64,000 nucleotides of DNA from Cetorhinus maximus (Eukaryota), in assembly GCF_964194155.1 (NCBI RefSeq), contig NC_135893.1:75330001-75394000 (forward strand). Direction: 5' to 3'. Both the position numbers and the translations under genes were made by a program. Under the pieces are notes generated by a model that saw only the letters and a program-made list of their open reading frames with translations, ran no database searches and was not told the origin of the DNA. Each line of letters begins with the position of its first letter. The stretch's first letter is position 1. This document shows, in pieces, positions 49,561 through 63,425 of the stretch.

Positions 49561-50869
49561 CCACATGAATGGATCAGTACACAGCATTGTGTCACCCTTG
49601 GCACAGTGCAAGTACTTTTGCCTTTGAGAGGGCTATGAGGTTCCAGCCCCATTCCAGGACTGGAGAACATAATTTATACTGACAGTTTGTAACACTACTG
49701 AAGGAGTATTGCACTATTGGAGATGATGATGAACTCTCAAGTGGAAGTAACAGATCCTTTGGCACTAACAGTGAAGTTTCTCCAGCATCCAGGTTAATAT
49801 TTATCCTGCCACTAACATCACTAAAATTGGTTATTTATCTGATTTCAGTTTACTGTATTAAAATTGGCTGCCACCTTTACCTACATAGCAACAATGACTA
49901 TATTTCAAAATTATGTAGTCGACTGTGATGTGCTTTGGAATGTTCTGAGTTTGTGAAAGAGGGTATATAAGTGCAGGTTCTTCCTTTACTAAGTTTCTCT
50001 GTGCTATTACCATGCCCATATACTTTTAAACATTAAGAATTACCCTGAAACTTGCTTGTCCAACAGACATGAATTTTTTTTTCCGTTCTCAATTGATTCC
50101 GAAATGCAAGTAGTAAAGTTCTAAGCCTGGGATTCTAGTGCAGTACTGATTGGAGGAGACGTTATTCACAGCAACTTCAATATCTGAATTAATGTGGATG
50201 AGGTAGTTGGTAGGGCTTTAGTATGAAAAAGATGGTAATTTTCAGGCTTTGGAGCTGGGGAACGGGATATGATCTGTGAAAGGTGAAACTGGAGAGCAGG
50301 ATCTGAAGCCACAGAGAAAAATCTGCAGCCAGGAAGTAGCATGGAATGATACTTGGAGCCAGATAACAACAGGGACTGGGATCGAGCACTAGAATGGTGT
50401 TCGGAAGCCATGAAGATTGGGATCCTGAAAAGGAAAGCCAATGAGTGATGGCGATAGAGAGAGAAACCTAGAGCCATTTGAAAGGCAGCATTGGGAGGGG
50501 TACGAATTTGGGGCATAACTATGAGAAGACTGGGGAAACAGTAAAGAGAATGGCAAGCAATTGGAGTGAGCTGGGAAGCACTAAACTAAAGATAGGTCTA
50601 AGAACAGAGAATATTCAGGCAAGGCTGGAGACGCTTGACTGGTCTCAAATGGAATTCTGCTTTCCTGCTCTCTCCCCAGTCTCTCTTCCATGTTGTCAGT
50701 TTGCACTTACATCAGCTTTTCTATTCTGCTCTTTGGAATCTATTTGGTCCCTGCTAGCCACATGTTTTAAGTGGTGACGTGTTCCAGATCACTCGGGGAG
50801 TCTAAGTTGTTGTGGCAACATACACTTTTACATGTATGTTGTAGTCTGGAGCTGGATAATGAAGGTAGA

Positions 50870-51060
50870 AGCTCCAATTTATTTCCATCACGTGGCTGGA
50901 CCACTCTTACTGCCTGCCATTGGCGTTTGTCAGAAGCATTTATAAATTGATACTCAACCTGTTTGAACACGTCTTCCTTGGCCACCAAGTCTTGGAGTGG
51001 AATTTGAACCCAGAGCTTCTGGCTCAGGAGCAGAGACGCTACCCACTGCGCCACAAGACC
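50870..51060 (-). mobile_element. tRNA-derived SINE (different family)
   Basis: GGTCTTGTGGCGCAGTGGGTAGCG..GGGTTCAAATTCC (A and B boxes), continuing into a non-tRNA body. Confidence 0.6.
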
Positions 51061-53527
51061 TCCTTATAAGTATGAACCACTTATTCTATTACATGATCAA
51101 GTCTTTATTATGCAACCAGCTCGATATAGTCTGTGACATGGTTAGCATGCACCAATCAGCAAAGGTAGAAAAATCTTGCCATATTACAGAACATTTTGTT
51201 TTTAAGGTAAATGGATAGGTTTTCTTTGGTTAAGTCTTTTCCCATCCCTTCTCTCTGCTAGGCATCAGTTTCCAGTCAAAAGGAATTCTCTTCAAATGCC
51301 AGTAGAAGGCACTCAAAAATTGAGTGAAAGACCCTTTACTTGAAACCTTTGAGCAGCATATTTTGAGAGTTTTGTCGCTCATTTCCTGTTAGCTCAATGA
51401 CCTGTGGAACCACTTTAGTTACTATCTTAAAGTTATCAAAGGGATAGTGGAAAGGAGAACCATAGAACTTGTGCATTTATTAGGCAAAAGCAAATCTGTT
51501 TCTGCCATTATTCCCTTTCACCATTGAATTATTTGAAGTCTTTACATGCTTCCAGCAACCTCAAAGGTGAATTATTTCTTGTTAAAGTTTTCTTTAGCTG
51601 CAGTCTCTTCTATACCTCCAAATAGTTAAAAAAAACTAAATCTAGTAAATCTAAGTTCCAGGTTGTATAAGGAGCTATGAACTCAACCAATTCTCATTGG
51701 TTAAATATAAGTTTTTTTTTGAATGAATAATGAAGAGAGTTTGCAAACTAGCCATAAAGAAATGGTTTATATGAAGTCAGGCTGGGAGAACCAGAAGTTA
51801 TAAGTAGCTAAAGAAATCACCACAGATCAGAACTTGAGGACGAAAATGGGTGATTTTCCTCTGCTTTGTATGTTTTTCTTAGGTGCACTTTCTTTCTGGT
51901 TACAAAACAGAGGGAAGAGTGAAAGTGACCCATGATACCAGAAATCTGCCCTCTTTGCGCTTAACTTGTACTTCTCTTCGTTTCACTATGAGATGGTGCA
52001 GAGTGCTCTTCCCTGGGATAGGCAGCAGCATGGTAATGAGTTGAGATTGACTTGACCACACCTCCCACCTCATCATTCTATTTGTTTTCACTTGCTGGAG
52101 GTTCAATTACTGTGGCATCCACAACTATTCAGCCCTTGTGCTTGCCAGGCTTCCTACAAGTTCCTTCTACTTTGGTGAAAGCCTCTTCCTGTGCTGGGGC
52201 ATGTCAGTGCCAGTATAATGAGCTGAGCCCACAAACACGGGTGAATTTGAGTAGCTTTGAGTTGAACGCACTTTAGGAGCTCACGACCACCTTGAAATCT
52301 AGTGGCGAGGGGATAAAATTAGCTCCAGCTTCTTCACACTTTACTCAGGTAAGCTTATGGAACAGACTAAGGCAATTGAGTGAGATGAAGAATGGTGATT
52401 GTAGACATTGAAAGAAAAGTTTATCATCTTCATTTTGGACCTTTTGGTGGATTACAAAACCTTCTCATTATATTTAGTTCTTGTAATTTTCCCTGTTCCA
52501 GGCCCTGAATGGTATTTTTGTTGCTAATTAATGACCTGCTAATAGAAATTATATTTGTGAATTTTAAAAAATACATTAGTGAAATTTGATTTCAAATTTC
52601 TGAAATCAGAATTCTTTGAAATTTGAAATCTGTTTTATTGTGTTAATCTACCGGTTAACAATATTTCATCCACATAGGTGAGATATCATGCCTCAGTCTT
52701 TCTGGAATGATATTCACACGCAAATGCAGTGACATAGAATATGTGCCTTTGGCACTCTCATTAAATCATAATGTGATAGTCTAATTAATAAAAAGGAGTG
52801 CTCTGAAAGTGTACCAGTATGATTATTATGTAGGATTATGTAGAGCATAACACAGAAATAGACCAATCGCCCTAATAGGCCTACACTTGTATTTATGCGT
52901 TACATGAGCATTCTCCCACTTTATTTCACCTAACCCTACATTATTCTTCCATTTATTTCTTCCTAATATGTTTATCTAACTTCCCCTTTAATGAATGATA
53001 TTCACTTCAACCTTGTGGGAGTAAGTTCCACATTCTTCCCATTTTCTGTGTAAAGAAGTTCCCCTGAATTCACTGTTAGATTTATTTAGAACTATCTCGA
53101 ACTTATGACCCTTGGTTTTGGTCTCCTGCACAAGTGAAAATACCTGAACATTTACAACATCAACCCTTCCCCTAATCTTTAATGCTTCTGTCAGGTTACC
53201 CCTCTAACTTTACTTTTCTGGGGAAAAGAACTCCAATGAGTTCAATCTTTCCTGCTCAGTATAACCTCAGTTCTAGTATCATATTTGTGAACCTTATTTC
53301 CATCTCCTTGAGTGTCCCTCTATCCTTTTTTTTAAAATAATATTGCTACTTATATTATTATAGTACAATTTTCAAAACTAGCCTTCATAGCATTAAGTAT
53401 AAAAATTGGTTTCAGTGAATTTAATTTTACTGCAATTGCTCATCATATTTGAAATAGTGAAAATAATGGAAACCATACAATAAAGTGCCAGCTTTGGATA
53501 AATCACAGAGTTCTTGAACTTTGATAT

Positions 53528-54110
53528 TGTTACAGATAGGGAGAGATGGTGGGATAACTTCCCGCCTTTTCTTACCTCTTGGCTGACCGTAACAAGATGT
53601 ATCTTTTTGAGAAGGAGTGTTTAACCTCTTTGAGTGCTGTGACTTTAAAGAACAGACACTAACAGGCTTCTTGTAACTTTAAATCAAAAGAAAGGATAAA
53701 TGTTTATCTTCACAACATCCGAAATGTAAGCAAAAATACACTTCTCAGACACACATACACACAGGCATGCATACAGACAAGGAAAGATGGTTTCTAGAGA
53801 TGTAACATGCACGTAGATTTAGTAGACGTTAGTAGATTACTAACAGAGTAACGAATGAAACAAGTCACTTGTTTAACCAGTCTTTAAGATGGAGGTTCAG
53901 AATGGTGCAGGTCTGTAGGATCCTCTCCTGGTTCTTTGAAGGCAAATGGAAGTTGGAAGTTTCTGGCTTTTGCAGCTGAAATTGTGGCTGAGTTCCTGTT
54001 GTGAAGAAATATAACCTTGTAGGTAAAATGAATTAGCCCCTTTTTGTTACCTGAGATAACTGTCTTTCAGAGGCAGGGTTCTTTTCTTCTTTGGGTATGA
54101 TCTCACTGTA
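53528..54110 (-). mobile_element. LTR-like fragment loosely related to 7650-8614
   Basis: Starts TGTTACAG. CTGACC, ACAGG..TT and TTTAT blocks occur in the same order as in the reverse complement of the 8614 end. Confidence 0.4.
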
Positions 54111-54474
54111 CTGCTGGTCCCAGACTGTCTTGCTGGCTCCCTTGTGGATTAGTAAGATATTGACATCCTCTCCAGCAAGTTTCAGTCATGTGATGGCAGT
54201 ATTGATGCATCCCGTTGTCCACACCATGGGTTGAAGCTGATGTGAATGATACACATTGGGGGAGGGGGTATGGGAATGGTGTGGGTGTCCTGATTGATTG
54301 ATATACCATCAGCATTGCAGTTATTATTCGCTCACAGATTTGACAAACCATAATCATGGGGCCAACAGGTCTAGCAGCTGGTATCTTTTAGATCCCTTCC
54401 ATTGAAATGGTAAGGGGTAATCAATTTGTACCTGGAAATACATTTGCATTTTCAAGCAACTTCCCAGATGTATT

Positions 54475-55322
54475 GGGCAGAAATTTCTCTGCCTGCTGGT
54501 GTTGGGCGTGTGTGGTGACGTGAGTGGACAATGTGGCACAATTGGTTTTACGACGGTGAGAAACCAGTTTGCAATTTTCCGCTCAGCCCCCCCCAACGGT
54601 GGGCCGTGTTTCCCAGCATCAGATGTTGGGAACCTCATTGTAATACATCAGCATATCATTATCAGGCCAGCCTGCCGGAATCATTCCCCTCCCCCGCCCG
54701 CCAGCCCCACCCCCCCGTTGGATAGTCCGTCCACGTCAGCGGGAAAGCACGCCGACGTGTTTCACAACAGCACATAAAAGGCGTGCACTTGGCAGCCTGC
54801 ACTTTGAGGGGAACTCGGAGGTGAGCACACAGTAACGTTTGTGCAGCGCCCGCCAGGGTCGCCTGTTGGACTTCAAGCCTCAGGGGGGTTGGGGTTACAG
54901 GCAGCACTGCCGTTGAGGTGGCTGGTGGCGGGTGGGTAGCAAGCGCAGCTCTGCCATTGAATATAGCACATGAGCACCTGGGGTGGGGGGTAGGGTGGGC
55001 GAGGGAAGTGGCTACGCATTAGGGAAACCTGTAGAAAGTGACCATTCCTCTGCAACTGAGACAGTTCAGGTGCAGCCACATTTTTGGGGTCGGGCTCCTA
55101 GCTTATCTGCCCACTCAAGCAACACAGGCATCAAAGTGCCACCAAGTGCTGCAGAGCTCTCTCCCCCCACCCCCCAGCACAGACTGAAATCTCATAAGCA
55201 TTTTAATAGACTGCAGAACAGTTGGATGACTGCATACTTTGTATATTCTCCTTGCTAAAACCGGCGATGTAGCAGTCACTGCTGGAGGCGCTCACAGACC
55301 CTTACAATGTCAGCATCCCGGT
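54475..55322 (+). mobile_element. Harbinger left arm, truncated before the transposase ORF
   Basis: Terminus GGGCAGAAATTTC. Collinear with the reverse complement of 16795-17716 (CTCATTGTAAT.CATCAGCATATCA, GCGGGAAAGCACG, GCAGTCACTGCTGGAGG). Confidence 0.85.
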
Positions 55323-56084
55323 TTGGACCAGTCTTCCCCATGGTTCAAGCTAACAGGGCAGCCATGCAGCACACTAATCTCTGGCCGTGTCTCTGTCTGT
55401 CCAGAAATCACAAAAAGGATCACCTGACTTTCTGGAATCCATTTTGAAGGTACAGTATCCATTTTCTCATGTGGCATTCTATTTAAAAGTACAATGTTCA
55501 CATGCCAATTAGCTTTACAGACATGACGTGACCATCACAATATTCATTACTGTCCAAATGATGGACCAACCTCTGTACAGAAAGTTGTGATTTCAAGCCA
55601 TGCTGCAGAAACTGGGGCATCTAACCAATTCTGACACTTCAATGCAAAATGAAGGGAACACAGCACTGTCAGAGGTGGCTCCTTTTCAATGGGATGTTAA
55701 AGGAAGATCCCATCTGTCCTCTAAGATGGATGTAAAAGAAAAGCTCATGGCATTATTAAAAGAAGAGCAGAGGAGTTCTGGCATCTAACATTTGTTCCTC
55801 AACCAAATATTTCTAAAACAGATGAATTGGCCATATATATCATTGCTGTTTAAAGCACCTTGCTGTGCTCAGACTGGCTGCTGTGCAAACCTACATTGCC
55901 AACATGTAAAAATACCTCAATGCTTTGCCGTGTCCTGAGATTGTAATATAAATGAAAGTCTTTTCTGTCCATATAAGTTGCACGATACAGTAAAGTTGCT
56001 GTTTTATTTCACTTTTATTCTTACTAAATGTTCAGTATATTCGGGCTTACAGGTGCAGGTGACAGTAAATTCTAAATATTCTAA

Positions 56085-56370
56085 GTCATACCTAGCAGAA
56101 AGGAAGATGGTTTTGGTTGTTGGAGGTCAGTCATCTCAGTTCCAGGTCATCACTGCAGGAGTCCCTCAGGGTAGTGTCCTCAGCCCAACCATCTTCAGCT
56201 GCTTCATCAATGACCTTCCTTCCATCTCGCTGATGATTGCACAATGTTCAGCACCATTCGCGACTCCTCAGATACTGAAGCAGTCCATGTCCAAATGCAG
56301 CAAGAAGTGGACATTATTCAAGCTTAGGCTGACAAGTGGCAAGTAACATTCATGCCACACAAGTGCCAGT
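56085..56370 (+). mobile_element. LINE RT fragment of the 29890 family
   Basis: ITAGVPQGSVLSPTIFSCFINDLPS. Confidence 0.8.
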
Positions 56371-59300
56371 GCCAGGTGTTATATTTATGACTGAACCAAT
56401 CACAAAGCCTTCTTATACTTGAACCCATGTTTGACTTCCACTCAAGCCTGGTATCAGCGAGTCAAGAACAGCAAACTTTGCAATGTACACAATGATATAG
56501 CGTGAAGCCGTTTTAAATTCTCGATATTTCTGTTTGACTTGAAGGGACAGCCACCCTGGAGACAGAACTACTTCATTCTTGTCAAAGTAGTTTTGAGGAT
56601 GGGATCAAAAAGGCACCTTAAAAACTGTTTGCAATCATTGTAATTAAAATGTTACACTAGATTGCATTGCTTTTGTCATTTTTAATACTGTCAATTAGAC
56701 CATTTTATTATGCCTGGAGTATTTTTACCAGTTTTGGGCCTGCCCATATCTAAGCTCTGGAGAAGGTGAAGCAGAGGCTGACTGGAGCCTATGGGCTGTT
56801 GGTTATGAGGATAGGTTCCAAGAATTAGGGCTCCTGGGCAGGAAAATCCATGAGAGCATGATCCACTCAATGCAGGGGTTAATTTAAAATGTGAAATGCT
56901 CCCCCCAATTTTCAGGCACAGTACTATGACTCTCGCCTAGGTCTCTAGGACTAAGGATCCATCGACAAAAGGCCCGAAAGGAAACTCACATGTAAGGCAG
57001 GGACATGGTGTTTGTGGCCGATTCCTACCAACTTAAGGTAGGAGTTTACAGGTTCATCTCCACAATTTTGTGGCCATTTACCAAGAGTTTGGAGAGGCTA
57101 TAATATAGGTTCTTAAAGTGATGAAGGAATTGAACTCATTCCTGTTAGGTTACATTGACTGAGATATGAAGACTAAAATGTATAGGCAGGAAGTTAGGTT
57201 AGATGCCACTCAGTTATTCTCTTTACAGAAAGCCCCTTTTGTTATTAATTCATTATAGACTCTTAAAGGGGAATTTGACAGTGCCAGTTATAGAGGGTGA
57301 GTTATGACTGAGGAACCATTCTATCATAGTCTTCTGAAAATCTAGACGATTGTGCTAGGGGGTTGGAAAGAAATTTTCCTAAGTTGAACCACAGATTTTT
57401 TTCTGTGGCTTTTTTTATTCTGTTTTGCTGGAGATTGAGATTAGGGGGTGAGTCAGTGTTGTTAGTGGTTGTATGATGTCTAGCTAAGGTGGGCTTGATT
57501 TTTTTTCCACATCCCTTTTTATATGTTTGCGTATGTTCTATATATATTCCTAATTCATTTGGAAAACACATTTGTAAAGTTAGTTGAACATGATGCAAAG
57601 GTACTGCTGGCGTACTGGTAGTTGGCACATAAACATGCATCTGTTATGGAATAAACATTCCTTTTATTGTCACTTAATGTTTTATTTCAAGAACTGTTTA
57701 CAATTTGTCACTTAATCATTTTAGAGTAAGCAGAGTGGCAATCAGGCCATACTTTTGGATCAAAAATAGGCCAACAAGGATAAAAACAAAAAAAAAGGTT
57801 GAAGAACAAGAAAAGAAGTGACATTAAGAGAAACCTATTAACAATAGAAATGGATTTTCCAGTTCTTGAAGCTGGGAATATTAGATCACCTGGGTGTATT
57901 GAATAGAGCAAAATTGCAATAGGGAGGAGGGAGTGTGCCCAATTTTATGTCCATTTAAATTATTGTAAAGTCAGCCATGGTTTCTAATGGGCCCAAACTC
58001 CTCCCCACCTGTGCCCAGTCAATCCAATATACCCAGGACCAGCAACAACAAATATCATGGATTCTACTCCAGTGAATCTCCTGAGGAAATATTTGCCTAA
58101 AGGCTTGGTCTCTGGAAGCGGCCGAGCAAAATGTCAAATATTAATCCATCCTCTGATTTCCATAGTTCAATCCCTAACTAACCTCTTGCTCCAGCCAACA
58201 TTTTCCTTTGCCCCCTCTCCAAAGCAAAGGAACCATTCTATTGCCTGGAATATTTAATAATCTCAATATCAGTTCTGCTCCTGGCAGCTATTTTGCCCAG
58301 CCTTTTTAAAGAAGCTAATACTTTATTCATCATTGAAGGATAAATGAGAAGCACATTTGCAGATTTCTATTTTTATCGTATCGGTGAGGTAAAAGAACAT
58401 TGTGTAAGGCAGAAATATAATTACATAAAAAGATGCAAACACAGAAGGGGACAATTTTATTTGAGAAGCAGAAAGTGAAGAATGTTTGTCTTAGATTAAA
58501 GAACAGTGTGATCTGTTTGCTAAATATGTAACTTCAATCCAAGTCGATGGCCAAATTGAAAGGATTAAAACTGGAAAGTCTGCTCAGCAACTAAATCTAA
58601 GTGGCTAGAGTTGACAAAGAATTTATTTGGGAAAATTCTCAGTCACGCTTGTGATTCTGTGGAGAATGTACACTAATTTGTTGAGGGCATAGGGGGCTTA
58701 TGTTGCAAATTCCATAGCAATTCCAAAGAGGGATGAGAATTAATTCAGTGTTTATGAAGAAACACCAGGGCAAATTAAATGTGAAAAAACAAAGCTGATG
58801 AATAACAGTTGACACCAAGGTGTAAATTTGGCCCTCATTATTTTCCTTGTGGCTGAGTCGAGTGATGGGAACTAAGTTGTAATGTTGGTTTTCGAAACAG
58901 TATACATTAGATTGACTAACAGAATCCATCTCTAATATTTACATTTCAGCATTCAACATATGAAAAAATGTATTTGGCATAATATTGACCAGATCAACAC
59001 ACACATGCTAATTATGGTAGCAGAATAAAATTCTCCCACGATTTGTATTCTGTTTTTATTGTCCTTTTAAAAGCCTCTAAAAATAAGGCTTTACTTATTT
59101 TGAGGAACGTAGCAACAAGTGCAGTACATTAGTGTTAGAGATTAATTGTAGATTAGACTCAGGTCATGATGCAATATTGGGCCATTCTCATATGATCATG
59201 TGACAAAATATAACTGTTTGCAAATCTTTTGCAAACATCCTGTTGCAAGATCCTCTGCTGCTGGACTTGGTGTAGTTAAAGTAATTTTCCTTTAATGAAA

Positions 59301-60649
59301 CATGGGACAATGGTTTGGAAGACACCTTTGCTCCCTTATTCCCAGGTTTGATGGTCCTGAGCACAATACCAGAAAAGGGCTATGGTAATGCCAGAGTCTG
59401 CTGGTTTGAATGTGCGCAGACCCACATTGCATCTAAATTGATTACTGCTCTAACTCCATGATGAGTGTGGTTGCTATTGCCATTGGCACTAATGCTAAAA
59501 CTAATAACTATTCTACCATGTTCTGTAGAAGTATGGGGTCACACTTACACCATTGTTGAAAGAAATGTTCTATTAAATTTTGTCTCTATGTATCCTAAAG
59601 CTGACATATTTTCACACTGCAGTGCTGTACTTTCACATTGCCTGTTCAGTTTAGAAGGAATTCCCAGAAAACCAGGAATCTTTTGTGTATCTTGGGCTGA
59701 TAAGAACATTTGCAATCATTTGGAGTGCCTGTGTGAAACTAAGGCAACAGAAACCTTTCACTTATCTTTCTGGAGATGAAACCTAGTCTAATAAAATCTC
59801 ATTGTCCTTTGTTTAAGATTCTGCAATGGTTTCACCTCTTGTCATTATTATTATGTTAACTCGAATTCATTCCACTCGACATGTCACTTATATAAGCTTA
59901 TATGTCTTCCTCTTAAAGGGGGAAAAGATACTGTTTTGATTAGCTTAGACTCAAGCATATTCTTGATTGGACTTAATTACAATTTTCAAGCTTTGAGTTC
60001 TGTTCCTATATGTTATTAGTTTATATTGTGTTTTTCCCTCACAATTGATATGGCATCCCTAGCTTTCTATTGGTTACTATGGAAACAAAGATCTAATATT
60101 GTGCCCCTGGAGATACTCCCAGAACTTTTAATGAACCTTGTTCAGTGATACTTTTTAAATTGACTAGTGCAGTAACAGGTATTTGATTAAACATTACTCT
60201 AGCACTCTAATTCAGTATATGATAGCAAATATTTTTACCTTAAAGTGCAAATATAATTTTGATGCCTTTCGGCTGTGCATTATTCATAATCATTTATCTG
60301 ACCTTTGCACAAATTTTAATGCAATGTGCAAGATACAATACAATTTTCAATAAATAAAACGCAAATAAGTAATGAAAGATAATATAGTAGGGGTTAACAT
60401 TTTGTATTTGTGGAGTGATCACCAGCCAGTAGCATATGCATTACACAGAACCATTCAGGTAGGCCACAGTGTTTGCAGCATTTTGTTACTAATTCAATCA
60501 AATAGAAAATTTAAGGGTTTTTTTTGTTTGCGGGTGGTTTTGCAGAACTTGCAATATTCCCAAAATTAATGCAAATTTATTTGAATTTGGCCCAAGGTTA
60601 TCTCTCCAACTTTTCCCACCATTCAACTCAAGTCATTTAAAATGGGACA

Positions 60650-60961
60650 AAAGCAAAATACTGCGGATGCTGGAAATCTGAAACAAAAACAAAAAATACC
60701 TGGAAAAACTCAGCAGGCCTGACAGCATCTGCGGAGAGGAATACACTTAACGTTTCGAGTCCGTATGACTCTTCATCAGAACTAAGAAATTTAGAAATGA
60801 GGTGGAATATAAGCTGGTTGAGGGGGGTGGGACAGGTAGAGCTGGATAGCGGGCCAGTGATAGGTGGAGGCAAAGAAGAGATTGCCAAAGATGTCATAGA
60901 CAAAAGGACAAAGTGGTATTGACGGTGATGATATTAGCTGAGGAATGTGCTAATGATGACA
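60650..60961 (-). mobile_element. Penelope-derived short retroelement, well preserved
   Basis: Perfect 13-bp TSD TTAAAATGGGACA at 60637-60649 and 60962-60974. Same family as 23540-23710. Confidence 0.88.
60745..60783 (-). ncRNA. Putative minimal type I hammerhead ribozyme motif
   Basis: Minus strand reads AGTT-CTGATGA-A-GAGTC-ATACG-GACTC-GAAACGTT-AAGT: intact CUGAUGA and GAAA boxes, perfect 5-bp stem II, palindromic ACGU in place of stem III. Activity untested. Confidence 0.6.
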
Positions 60962-61499
60962 TTAAAATGGGACACTTGGATGCTATGATGTTTTTCATTA
61001 AAGAATATGCATTCTTAATGCTGGGCCTGACTATGTTTTCCCTGACTTGCAATATTGCTGTTTCTGCGTCATTGCTTGAACATTTTATTTTGCTAATTAG
61101 TGTTGGTTTTTCACAGTACAGAGAGCTCCCTTTGCACAGACCTGCAGCCACAGTACTGTTGCTGCCTTCAGCTATCAGATGCAGCACTACCCAAACTGAT
61201 CAGCATAAACATTTCATTGGGCCTTACCAATGCCTTTAGAGGATATAGCAGAGTTCAGGGAGACAGATGAAAGGCAGGTGTGCTTGCACATCAGGTGTGT
61301 GGCACATACTCAGGGTCAGCCCAGTCTCTTCTTTTCACACCCTGGCACACCTACTAGGCCATATCTGAAGAGGCCAGCCTTCACCATCTACACTTCATGA
61401 GGGGGGTTTTCCTGGAGTTATACCATCTACTGAAGCCTAACTTGCAGATAGGAATAATGCAGGTAAAGGTACAAAATCCCAGCCTCGTCAGCATTATCT

Positions 61500-62095
61500 A
61501 AGTGCCATGCTGAGTGGCATAGGCAACCGCAGTCTTCCAAGCTTTCCGATCATAGATTGTGGATGACCAGGTTGTTGGAGTACTGGTTAAGCCCATCTCT
61601 AATGTCGTCTAGCTGATTCCTTCTCTGTCGGCCTCTTGCTCTTCTTCTGTTAATCCTTCCAGTTAGTGATTAGGCACTCCAACCCTCCTGTGCAGCTAAC
61701 ATGTCCAAAGAACTCCATTTGTAGTCTTTTGATACGATTTAAGAGTTCTCTTGTTCTTCCGGCCTCAGTCAGTACACCTTTGTTAGTTCTTTTCTCCACC
61801 CAGCTTATCTAAAGCATCACATTTCGTAGCTGTTGATTTCCTTTTTTTTTACCTCTTTCCCAATACTCCAAGCTTCACATCCATGCTTCATTACTGACCA
61901 GACAGAACATTACAGTCCACAGGTTCTCATTTCAAGACTCAAGCTGACACTTCTTTGAATCTTGTTTAATTTTGTAAAATCACTCTTGGCTTCAGCAATC
62001 CTTTTTGGGATTTCAGGACTGATTTTAACACCGGATGTTACGGTGCTTCCTCGATAGTTGAATTGATTGGCATGTCCCAGTTAGAACATGTGATA
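61500..62095 (-). mobile_element. RTE-clade LINE 3' fragment
   Basis: Minus strand QFNYRGSTVTS..IPKRIAEAKSDF..WSVMKHGCEAW..EINSYEM resembles the RTE ORF C-terminal region. Confidence 0.6.
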
Positions 62096-62449
62096 ACTTG
62101 AACACATAATACCAGCACTATTGCAAGATGGGCAGAGTGGGTGGATGGACCTAATACACCCGGCCACCTTCCGCTGCCACTTCCTTGCTCCTTCTTATTT
62201 CACAGGTGATAGCTCCTGACTCTGATTCCCCATAAGTGGATGTTGCCATGCTAGTACTTACATGCTGAGGATTGATTTATGGGCATGATGGGACAATGTC
62301 CTTGGTACTAGCTACATCTGCTGGGCAAGTATACCACTGTGACTTGAGATTCAAGCGTTAGGAAGAAGAAGTTGAAGAGGACTCTTATACCTTGATTATT
62401 CCTGAAGATTCATTAAAATTACTCCTGTCCAAATCCTCTACTGGCAGTA

Positions 62450-62585
62450 CAATAAAAGCAGAATACTGTGGCTGCTGGAGATCTGAAATAAAAACAGAAA
62501 TTGCTGGAAAAACTCAGCACTCCTGGCAGCATCTGGGGAGAGAGAAATGGAGTTAATGTTTCAAGTCCCATATGACTCTCCCTCG
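62450..62585 (-). mobile_element. Penelope-derived short element fragment
   Basis: AAAAGCAGAATACTG..GCTGGAAAAACTCAGCA..GAGTTAATGTTTCAAGTCCCATATGACTC. Confidence 0.7.
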
Positions 62586-63139
62586 GAATTACTTTGGTTC
62601 CGTCACCCTCCCGCCCAATTAAATGCCCTCTCCATGACGCCAAACTCGCCTTGGTGGAGGGCATTAAGTTCTACCCTTACTGCCTAAAGTGTAGCTACAA
62701 TGCCTCATATCTACCTACACTGAAGTGAGTAACTGTAGTTTAGGCATCAGGAGCTGGCTGTAGTTTGAAATATTTTTCTTTTTAAACTGTTTTTCATTTT
62801 GCATTCTCTCACTTCCCATCATTTTTTTTTGTTTTACTCTGTCACTGTGAGCTTAATGCGCATATTTAATCAGGAAATGGGAGACCGTCCAAGGTCAAGG
62901 ATATTTTCATCCAGGTTCCTGGGCAGATGGTTGAAATTACTATTATGGGAGAGGCACAGATAAAGCACTCTCCTACAGTTCTAGAAGGTTCAAACTCCCA
63001 TGCACAGATATAATGGAAGAAGTGACCGTCCAGGCATCTTCAATCTCTTTTCCCTCCTTCCTAGGATCTGTGCAGAAGTATCAGCCATGCCTAACTCACG
63101 GCCAACCCTTACTGCAGGCCTAATCTCATTAATGTATCA

Positions 63140-63425
63140 CAAAAGGATTGACAGGCTGGCTCTCTTTTCTCTTGAAAAAAGAAGGCTGAAGGATGAACTA
63201 ATAAAGATGTTTAAAATTCTGAAAGGTTTTGATAAAGTGGATACAGAAAGGATGTTTCCTCTTTTGGAGAGGCCATCAATGTAAAATAGTCACCAAGAAA
63301 CCCAATTCAGAAGAGTGGTGAGAATGTAGAACTCACTACCACAGGGAGTGATTGCAGCGAATAGTGTTGCTGCATTTAATGGGAAGTTAGACAAGCATAT
63401 GAGGGAGAAGAGAATGAATGATTAT
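63140..63425 (+). mobile_element. CR1 3' fragment
   Basis: DRLALFSLEKRRLKDELIKMFKILKGFDKVDTERMFPL. Confidence 0.75.

Noticed and set aside
50985-51060. tRNA gene
   Set aside because: A and B boxes are present but there is no closing acceptor stem, and the sequence continues into a SINE body.
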